DNA of 64,000 nucleotides from Bacteroidia bacterium. Its GTDB lineage: Bacteria > Bacteroidota > Bacteroidia > Bacteroidales > UBA7960. Each line of letters starts with the position of its first letter. The first letter of the stretch is position 1. Positions 57,140 to 64,000 of the stretch are shown one piece after another. Below the pieces are notes generated by a model. That model was not told the origin of the DNA, ran no database searches, and saw only the letters and a list, made by a program, of their open reading frames with translations. The stretch spans positions 126-64,125 of the forward strand of contig REEA01000095.1 of NCBI GenBank assembly GCA_007695305.1. The letters run 5' to 3'. Both the position numbers and the translations under genes were made by a program.

Positions 57140-60100
57140 TTAATTATGGTTTGTATCAAAAACTTCCTGATCATTTAAAAATTCCGGTATTTCTATGGAG
57201 AGATAATCCTTTCTTCGGGACAGATCAATGGCGTCATAAATAGCCTGTTGGATCCCCGTTCTGATGCTCAGTTCAATGATGCTTCTGTTGCTTTGCGACG
57301 GATATGTGCGATTGGAGAGGAATACATACACCAGGTTTTCTGCAGGATCGGCCCAGGCATAAGTGCCGGTAAAGCCGCTGTGACCGAAGCTCAGCGGAGA
57401 AGCACTTTTTGCAGCAGGGCTTTCTTTTCCTGGCTCAAGACCCGGTTTGTCAAAACCAAGTGCCCTGCGGTTTTTGTTATGGGCAAACTGCACGCTTGTA
57501 AATTCTTTGATGGTATTGGGCAGGAAAAACTGATCACCTCCGTAGTTCCCGTCGTTAAGCAACATATACTTTAATGCCGCCACATCCCTTGCGTTACCAA
57601 AAAGTCCGGCATGTGCACTGACGCCCCCCAGCATGGCAGCGGCCGGATCGTGAACGTAACCGTGCACTACCTGTTTTCTCCATAAGGTGTCGTGTTCCGT
57701 GGGAACAATCTGATGAATATCAAAACGGTTGAGCGGATTGAAGCCAATGGTGGTTAATCCCATGGGACTGTAAATAGATTCCTCCAGAAATGTATCAAAT
57801 GGCTGGCCTGTAACATTTTCAACAAGTTCAGCCAGCAGGATAAAACCCAGGTCACTGTACCTGTATTCGTTCTTTTCTCTCAGCTCAGAAGCCAGAATTT
57901 GTGAAAAAATGGTGTCGCGAAAATGTTTGTTGATATAGAGGTCTTTTGCAACTTTAACAGGGTATTCGATTGACCGTTGCTTGCTGTAGATGCCCGGTAT
58001 AAACTCTCCCTCATCCAATGTTGACAGGTAAAAGGGAATCCAGGGGGTTAGCCTTGCCTGGTGGGCAAGGACTTTTCTGAGTGTTAAAGCTTCCTTGTTA
58101 GTTTCTGAAATCCGGTGGATGTATTCAGCGATGGGGGCATCAAGCGAAACCCTTCCATCCTCTACAAGGCGCATCACGGCCATAGTCCCTGCAACGATCT
58201 TGGTCACGGATGCAAGGTCGTACACATCAGTTACATCTACGGGTCTGGACTCTTCGTCATAGGTATGCTTTCCGAAAGCTTTGTTATAAATCACTACCCC
58301 GTCTTTTATCACGGCGATCTGACATCCCGGATAAGCTTTCTGTTTAATTCCTTCCAGGGCAATGCTGTCGATCACAGCCAATAAGGCTGTGTTTACACCT
58401 GCCTCTTCGGCTCTTCCGAAACGTATTCGGGAAGGTTCCGGGCTAATAATGCCTGTATGAAGCGGAAAATGTTTGCCTACACTCACAGGTAATGTTCCGG
58501 TGGTTTGCAGTCCGCCAAAAATGGCGTTGGCTGCTGCCTCTTCATAGATAACACCGTCCTGATAGGCGATGATTACGGATTCCACATCCAGAATGGCATC
58601 GTCAAAAACCTTCAGGCTGTATGGGTTGGCAAAAATACTGAGAATAACATCATGCCTTTTTGCAATGGCACTGATCAATCCGACTGTTTTCCCATTGATA
58701 CCGTAGTTGTTTCTCGGAAAGAAACTGTTGTTGTGTACCGAAATAATCACCAGGTCATATTTACCCAGATCTTCCATGATTTGGGCTGCACGATAGGGAG
58801 AATGATATTTGTCGATGCCGTAACAGGAAACAGTGCCATAATTACCCAGCACTTGCTGAAAGCGGTTGTTGGTTGGAGCGCCAATGGAAAGTGCTGCAAT
58901 TTTTCGTTTTCCAAGGCCTGTGACCGGCACCAGGTTTTTTTCGTTACGTGCCAGCGTGATTGCTGCCTGCGCCAGTTGTTTCTGCAGAATTTCAGTTTCT
59001 ATGGTATTCAGATCTTCGATCAGGTTGTCAAGCTCAATATATTGAAAATTATCGAGGCCGGCTTTCTGTTTATAATACAGGATCTTCCTGGTTTTGGCAT
59101 TGACCATTTCTTCACTGATCGTTCCATCCAAAACAGCATTTTTGATGGTTTGGATGGCTGCCGGCACATCTTCCGGAAGTAACAATATATCATTACCTGC
59201 CATTAATGCCCGCAGTTCCAGTTCGCCTGACTGAAAATAATCGCTTACCCCCTGCATATCAAGGGCATCGGTGATGATCAACCCGTCAAATCCCATCTGA
59301 ATTTGCAGAAGGTTTGTAACGATATTGTGCGAAAGTGTGGACGCCAGCTTGGGTACCGGTTCCATGGAGGGCAGTTCAAGATGTGCGATCATCACACTGT
59401 GCAGCCCTTCGTTGATAAGCCTTTTGAATGGATACAAATGTATGGAGTCAACTTCCTCAAAGCTGTGTTTCAGCAGTGGCAGTGTATAGTGCGAATCGGC
59501 GTCGGTATCACCGTGTCCGGGAAAGTGTTTGGCGCAGGCAAACACTCCGGCATCCTGCAAGCCATGCATGTAGGCAAGGCCTTTCTCGGCAACCCTGTAT
59601 CGGTCTTCGCCAAAAGCCCGAAAGTTGATCACCGGGTTGTCGGGATTGTTATTGACATCCACAACCGGCGCGAAATTGATATGTACGCCCAGGCGTTTAA
59701 GCTGTCTTCCGACGTCAAGTCCCATCCGGTAGATGAGTTTTTCATCGTTGATGGCGCCCAGTGCCATTTGTCGCGGGAATGGAATCAGGCTGTCGAGTCG
59801 CATGGCCGGTCCCCATTCGGCATCCATGGAGACGAGCAATGGGGTTTTGGCCTGGCTTTGCAGGCGGTTTGTGTTGAGTACCTGCCGTTTTGGCCCCCCC
59901 CTGAAGAACGTGACACCGCCAACATTATAATTCATTACCAGCCGTGCGATGCTGTCGTAATAGTTTTCGACGCGGTCGGTATGTATCCTGATCATCAGGA
60001 GCTGGGCTATTCTTTCCTCCAAACTCAATGATGTAAATACCGAATCCACCCACGGTGTTGAAAACTGTGGATGCCCTTCCGGCCCGGCAAAGTGTTTATC

Positions 60101-60178
60101 GTTGGGTGTGGCAAATAATGGGAATATCAATAGCAAAATAACGGCAAAACAGAAAGCCTGAAGAAAAAAACTGCGCAT
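57140..60178 (-). CDS. GH3 beta-N-acetylhexosaminidase (NagZ-like) fused to a class-C beta-lactamase/PBP-like serine hydrolase
   Basis: Signal peptide. GH3 block KHFPGHGDTDADSH with an upstream D-rich loop. The C-terminal half carries SxxK (ASVTKIV), YSD (YRYSDLGF) and HSG (FGHSGFTG). Confidence 0.85.
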   Translation of the reverse strand: MRSFFLQAFCFAVILLLIFPLFATPNDKHFAGPEGHPQFSTPWVDSVFTSLSLEERIAQLLMIRIHTDRVENYYDSIARLVMNYNVGGVTFFRGGPKRQVLNTNRLQSQAKTPLLVSMDAEWGPAMRLDSLIPFPRQMALGAINDEKLIYRMGLDVGRQLKRLGVHINFAPVVDVNNNPDNPVINFRAFGEDRYRVAEKGLAYMHGLQDAGVFACAKHFPGHGDTDADSHYTLPLLKHSFEEVDSIHLYPFKRLINEGLHSVMIAHLELPSMEPVPKLASTLSHNIVTNLLQIQMGFDGLIITDALDMQGVSDYFQSGELELRALMAGNDILLLPEDVPAAIQTIKNAVLDGTISEEMVNAKTRKILYYKQKAGLDNFQYIELDNLIEDLNTIETEILQKQLAQAAITLARNEKNLVPVTGLGKRKIAALSIGAPTNNRFQQVLGNYGTVSCYGIDKYHSPYRAAQIMEDLGKYDLVIISVHNNSFFPRNNYGINGKTVGLISAIAKRHDVILSIFANPYSLKVFDDAILDVESVIIAYQDGVIYEEAAANAIFGGLQTTGTLPVSVGKHFPLHTGIISPEPSRIRFGRAEEAGVNTALLAVIDSIALEGIKQKAYPGCQIAVIKDGVVIYNKAFGKHTYDEESRPVDVTDVYDLASVTKIVAGTMAVMRLVEDGRVSLDAPIAEYIHRISETNKEALTLRKVLAHQARLTPWIPFYLSTLDEGEFIPGIYSKQRSIEYPVKVAKDLYINKHFRDTIFSQILASELREKNEYRYSDLGFILLAELVENVTGQPFDTFLEESIYSPMGLTTIGFNPLNRFDIHQIVPTEHDTLWRKQVVHGYVHDPAAAMLGGVSAHAGLFGNARDVAALKYMLLNDGNYGGDQFFLPNTIKEFTSVQFAHNKNRRALGFDKPGLEPGKESPAAKSASPLSFGHSGFTGTYAWADPAENLVYVFLSNRTYPSQSNRSIIELSIRTGIQQAIYDAIDLSRRKDYLSIEIPEFLNDQEVFDTNHN

Positions 60179-60269
60179 ATATTTTCGATCCTAAGTCCAA
60201 AACAAAAAATTATCAACGGTATCAGCTCCGGCCACTAACAGTCGCTTAACGGGCCACCCGAATTTTATG

Positions 60270-60277
60270 CAAATATA
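60270..60277 (-). promoter_or_regulatory. candidate -7 box (TAnnTTTG on minus strand) for the GH3 fusion gene
   Basis: The plus strand reads CAAATATA, which is minus-strand TATATTTG, about 92 nt upstream of the ATG at 60178. Confidence 0.35.
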
Positions 60278-60296
60278 TAATAATCTGTCTTATTAT

Positions 60297-60382
60297 GGGA
60301 AGTGAAAAGTAGTAGTCATGGTTTTTTAAATCAGCGTGTGCGAGAATAATGAGTAATCAGTATGCAGTATGCAGCAGTTAGA
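60297..60382 (+). repeat. short purine-rich intergenic element (copy 3), followed by a CAGTATG tandem
   Basis: GGGAAGTGAAAAGTAGTAGTCATGG (60297-60321), then GAGTAATCAGTATGCAGTATGCAGCAGTTAG. Compare GCAGTAAGCAGTT at 43748-43760. Confidence 0.5.
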
Positions 60383-60435
60383 TGGAAATGTTTGCAGTTT
60401 TTTTTATTTTTGGGAAAACGGAAAACAGCTTTGCC

Positions 60436-61812
60436 ATGGTGGTGTTTGTGATTATTTATCTGGGAATTACACTGTTGGTGGGATTGCTGGCTGCCCGGAT
60501 GGTACATAATACAGAAGACTATCTTCTTGCCGGTCGCAGATTGCCTTTGTATATTGCTACGGCGACTCTTTTTGCCACCTGGTTTGGGTCGGAGACCATT
60601 CTGGGTGCCGCAAGCGAGTTTGCGGAAGGCGGACTGATTGCCGTGGTAAGGGACCCTTTCGGGGCGGCGTTGTGTTTGTTATTGGTGGGGCTTTTTTTTG
60701 CCCGCCCTCTTTACAGGATGAAACTGCTCACATTCGGTGACTTTTATCGGCGAAGATATGGCAACCTGACAGAGTTCCTGGCGGGTATTTGCATCATGCT
60801 GACATATCTCGCCTGGATAGCTGCACAAATGGTGGCTTTTGGCGTGGTAGCCGCTTCGCTGACCGGTGTCGGGCTGGTTCAGGGCATTATCCTGGGATGC
60901 TTGCTGGTAACCTTATATACATTTATTGGGGGTATGTGGTCGGTATCCATTACCGATTTTATGCAACTGATATTTATCGTTGCCGGTTTGATCGTTGCCG
61001 GCTTAGAGATATTCAGCATCGTGAGTTTCCGTGAGGTCTTTGCCAATGCCCCTGAGGGCTTTTTCCGCTTTTACCCCGAACCCAATGCCGTGGATGGCCT
61101 GAATTATTTCGCTGCTTGGATTACCATCGGACTGGGATCTATTGCCGGTCAGGATATTTTTCAACGCGTAATGGCTTCCCGTTCTGAAAAGGTAGCTGTT
61201 CGTGCCTCCCTGATTGCCGGCACGATGTATCTTACCGTTGCCATGATTCCGTTGCTTTTGGCATTGGCAGCACGGACTCTGATGCCTGATTTTCTCAATA
61301 TTGCCGACGATTCACAGATGATCATACCGGCACTGATCAGTGGTTTTACGTCACCGGTGGTGCAGGTATTTCTGTTTGGTGCTCTTTTATCGGCCATCTT
61401 GAGTACGGCCAGCTCTGCCCTGCTCGCTCCTGCAGCTGTTCTGGGTGAAAACATCATCCGGCCGCGAATGAAAAAAGTTACTGACCGGCAATTGCTCCGG
61501 ATATCCAGGCTCTCTGTATTGGTGGTATCGGCAATTGCACTCTTTATGGCATTGCGCCGCGGGAATATTTATGAACTGGTTGGTGAAGCAGCATCTGTGG
61601 GACTGGTTTCCCTTTTTGTGCCGTTGGTTGCCGGGCTGTTCTGGGGAAAAGCCACCTCAACAGGTGCCATGGCCTCCATTGTCAGTGGTTTGGTTGTGTG
61701 GTTACTGGCATCATTGTTTAGTCCGGCAGTAGAACCTATCCTGTTTGGTCTTGCCGCCAGTGCAATAGCTATGATTGCCGGCAGCCTCCTCAGCCGCAAA
61801 AACAGACCCTGA
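60436..61812 (+). CDS. sodium:solute symporter family transporter
   Basis: Multi-TM protein with an SSF-type N-terminal block (YLLAGRRLPLYIATATLFATWFGSETILG). The start could be 60382 or 60436, and the latter gives a typical short N-terminus. Confidence 0.8.
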   Translation: MVVFVIIYLGITLLVGLLAARMVHNTEDYLLAGRRLPLYIATATLFATWFGSETILGAASEFAEGGLIAVVRDPFGAALCLLLVGLFFARPLYRMKLLTFGDFYRRRYGNLTEFLAGICIMLTYLAWIAAQMVAFGVVAASLTGVGLVQGIILGCLLVTLYTFIGGMWSVSITDFMQLIFIVAGLIVAGLEIFSIVSFREVFANAPEGFFRFYPEPNAVDGLNYFAAWITIGLGSIAGQDIFQRVMASRSEKVAVRASLIAGTMYLTVAMIPLLLALAARTLMPDFLNIADDSQMIIPALISGFTSPVVQVFLFGALLSAILSTASSALLAPAAVLGENIIRPRMKKVTDRQLLRISRLSVLVVSAIALFMALRRGNIYELVGEAASVGLVSLFVPLVAGLFWGKATSTGAMASIVSGLVVWLLASLFSPAVEPILFGLAASAIAMIAGSLLSRKNRP

Positions 61813-61817
61813 TCCTG

Positions 61818-63149
61818 TCAGAATTTATAAATTTTCCACTTGCCTGTGCGAAGATATGCCAATGATCCCAGGCCCATCATGGTAAAATAGATCACTTCCA
61901 CGGACCATACCAGGGCTGCAGGCCCTTTGAGCCATACGGCAATAATGAAGGCTGATACAAGGTAAAAGGTGATGCTGAAAATTTCGATGACCAGTGCAAC
62001 CAATGTTTTGCCGGTACCCGACAACCCGCTGAAAATGATCATGCCAAAAGCAAAGGCGAACAGGGCGAGAGAGATGACCCGCAGCAAAGGTATGGTGGCA
62101 TCGATCAGGTGTTGTTCATTGGTAAAGAATGAGGCAATGTGCCCGGGGATAAACAGGTTAACCTGAACGATCACGATGGTTGACAGCAGGGCAATCACCA
62201 GCACCTTTTTGATCAGGGGGATCACTTCATGGCTGCGGCCTTGCCCGATAATGTTGCTGACAAGGGTATTGGTAGCAGAACTCAATCCCCACACCGGAAT
62301 CATCAGGAGCATGTAGAAGCTTCTGGTGATGTTGGATGCGGCAAGAGCGGTTTCACCAATCTGTTCAATCACAAGAAAAAACACAAACCAGGCGGAGAAA
62401 GAGAAAAAGTACTGGAACATCACAGGTACGGCGACTTTTAGCAGTGGCTTATACTGAAGCCGGTTCGGTCTGTGGAACTGCAACAGGCGATAAGCGGGCA
62501 GGGTTTTATTTTTTATTGACCAAAGCAGAAAGAAGAGAAAAGTGCAGGCTTCCGCTATATTTGTGGCCATAGCTGCTCCTGCAATGCCCATGGCTGGAGC
62601 ACCAAAGTGACCAAAAATCAAAACATAGTCGAGTGCGATATTTATCGCTGCCATCAGGGAAGTGCTGGCGATCAGGATCCGCGTACGTGTAATTCCGACG
62701 TAAAAGCTGTTGAATATCAGTACCATGAACCCGAATAAAAAGCCAAAGCGCCGATAATCAAGGTAAATAAGGCTTTCTCTCAGAACCCCTTCCGACTTTA
62801 AGAACCACTGAAGAAAGCCCGGGGCAAGGTAGGTGAGTACCAAAAAAAGGAGTCCTGCAAGGGCGATAACGAAATACATGGCATGATCAAATATCAATCC
62901 GATGCTGGTTTTGTTACCTTCACCATTGCGGCGTCCGATCACGATTTGTACACCCACGGCAAAGCCGGCGCCCAGCATCACCAGGCAGAGATAGAAGATG
63001 CCACCAATGGCTGAAGCACCCAGGGTAATTTCGCCAAGCCTCCCCAGGAAGGCCGTGTCGATGACAACCATAAGATTTTGGGCCATCAATCCCACCACGA
63101 TGGGATAAGCTGTTTTCCAGATGCTGCGGTATGTGTTTTCTGCGCTCAT
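61818..63149 (-). CDS. MATE-family efflux transporter
   Basis: Twelve hydrophobic segments and the MATE N-terminal block (IWKTAYPIVVGLMAQNLMVVIDTAFLGRLG). The ATG at 63149 avoids the 20-nt overlap created by the TTG track start. Confidence 0.82.
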   Translation of the reverse strand: MSAENTYRSIWKTAYPIVVGLMAQNLMVVIDTAFLGRLGEITLGASAIGGIFYLCLVMLGAGFAVGVQIVIGRRNGEGNKTSIGLIFDHAMYFVIALAGLLFLVLTYLAPGFLQWFLKSEGVLRESLIYLDYRRFGFLFGFMVLIFNSFYVGITRTRILIASTSLMAAINIALDYVLIFGHFGAPAMGIAGAAMATNIAEACTFLFFLLWSIKNKTLPAYRLLQFHRPNRLQYKPLLKVAVPVMFQYFFSFSAWFVFFLVIEQIGETALAASNITRSFYMLLMIPVWGLSSATNTLVSNIIGQGRSHEVIPLIKKVLVIALLSTIVIVQVNLFIPGHIASFFTNEQHLIDATIPLLRVISLALFAFAFGMIIFSGLSGTGKTLVALVIEIFSITFYLVSAFIIAVWLKGPAALVWSVEVIYFTMMGLGSLAYLRTGKWKIYKF

Positions 63150-63156
63150 CGGAGAT

Positions 63157-64000
63157 TTAATCAACGGCCAGAACAAGTCCTTTCAGATAATGCCCCTCCG
63201 GATGGAACATATTGATGGGATGATCGGCTGGTTGGTGTAGCTGGTGCAGCACGCGCACGCGGCGACCGGCCAGTATTGCCGCAGATGTAACAGTGGCGTA
63301 AAACAGCCGCATGTCTACCACCTGAGAGCAGCTGAATGTAAAAATAACACCACCGGGTGCAACAGATTTTATGGCTTCCAGGTTGAGTCGTTTATATCCC
63401 TGAACAGCCTTGTGTTTCACATGCTGATGTTTGGCGTATGCAGGCGGATCCAGCACGATCACGTCGTATGTCTGATCCGTTGTCCGGAAATAGTCCATCA
63501 CGTCATCTGTTATGGCTCGATGCTTGTCCTGAAAGCCATTGAGCGCAACATTCCGGGAACAAAGGCTCATTGCCCGCGCCGAACTGTCAACCGAATCAAC
63601 AATGGTAGCCCCTGCTTCTAAAGCATAAACCGAAAAACCACCCGTATAGGCAAACGTATTGAGCACCCGTTTTCCATTTGCATAGCTCATCAGGTGCTTT
63701 CTGTTTTCGCGCTGATCAATGAAAAAACCGGTTTTCTGTCCTTTTTCAATGTCCACAAAAAACTTCAGGCCATTTTCAGTGACCTCCACGCTATCTGCTT
63801 CGCCATAAAAGAATTCTTTTGGTTTTTTGTCACTCCAGAAAGTGGCAGGCAGTGTTTCCCGGCTCTTGTCATAAATGCTTTTCAGCTGCCGACCGTAAAT
63901 AGTTTTCAGACTTTCAGCGATTTCATCAATGAAGCGGTACAAGCCCGTTGCATGGATCTGCAGCACAAGGTGCCCGTTGTAATGATCGATGATAATCCCC
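63157..64000 (-). CDS. class-I SAM-dependent rRNA methyltransferase, RlmI-like (N-terminus lies beyond the window)
   Basis: Motif I NTFAYTGGFS and motif IV VLDPPAYAK. The frame stays open upstream of the GTG at 63966 to the window edge (...GIIIDHYNGHLVLQ). Confidence 0.75.
   Translation of the reverse strand, partial: GIIIDHYNGHLVLQIHATGLYRFIDEIAESLKTIYGRQLKSIYDKSRETLPATFWSDKKPKEFFYGEADSVEVTENGLKFFVDIEKGQKTGFFIDQRENRKHLMSYANGKRVLNTFAYTGGFSVYALEAGATIVDSVDSSARAMSLCSRNVALNGFQDKHRAITDDVMDYFRTTDQTYDVIVLDPPAYAKHQHVKHKAVQGYKRLNLEAIKSVAPGGVIFTFSCSQVVDMRLFYATVTSAAILAGRRVRVLHQLHQPADHPINMFHPEGHYLKGLVLAVD

Noticed and set aside
63413-63428. A parS-like half-site, TGTTTCACATGCTGAT, compared with the consensus TGTTNCACGTGAAACA.
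   Set aside because: Only the left half matches and the sequence is not palindromic. It lies inside the methyltransferase coding region. I saw no full parS in the window.
1-64000. A window-wide check for mobile elements, CRISPR arrays, tRNA or rRNA genes, toxin-antitoxin pairs and defence islands.
   Set aside because: No transposase, integrase or phage-like ORFs were found. There are no regularly spaced direct repeats with unique spacers. No intergenic gap has tRNA-like T-arm sequences, and only one gap exceeds about 310 nt. The window looks like core chromosome.

Overview
This 64-kb window reads as a gene-dense core chromosomal segment of a Bacteroidota genome. The evidence for that placement is a gliding/T9SS cluster (gldJ, porP/sprF-like, porU, porV), the conserved parA-parB-DUF5683-dapB-lepB and ftsK-lolA neighbourhoods, and TAnnTTTG -7 boxes ahead of several genes. 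About 46 protein genes are supported, nearly all housekeeping: glmM, mfd, fbp, cinA, anmK, murF, ispF, lptB, kdsD, recQ, pckA, a TolC/MFP/RND efflux operon, yggS, guaA, ftsK, lepB, dapB and parAB. I found no rRNA, tRNA, CRISPR array, transposase, integrase, prophage or recognisable defence genes. Several ORF-track starts use GTG or TTG, and I moved these to the first plausible ATG where family N-termini supported it. The best candidate for new biology is a compact five-gene operon at 9.4-15.2 kb. It encodes an atypical 543-aa KamA-family radical-SAM/PLP aminomutase, a 3-oxoacid CoA-transferase (A and B subunits), a GSAM-like class-III aminotransferase and a PaaJ/PcaF-like thiolase. Together these look like a self-contained alpha-to-beta amino-acid shunt to acetyl-CoA that lacks the canonical lysine-fermentation partners. 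By eye, both Asp residues that bind the lysine side chain in clostridial KamA are replaced. Secondary curiosities are listed here. (1) PEP carboxykinase is fused in frame to an unrecognisable 212-aa tail. (2) A 506-nt guaA-downstream spacer holds a purine-rich degenerate tandem repeat and a TTTGCG/CGCAAA palindrome cluster. (3) A short GGGAAGT...GTAG element recurs in three intergenic gaps. (4) The RND pump carries an apparent extra two-helix insertion. All family assignments rest on motif recognition by eye, and no searches were run.
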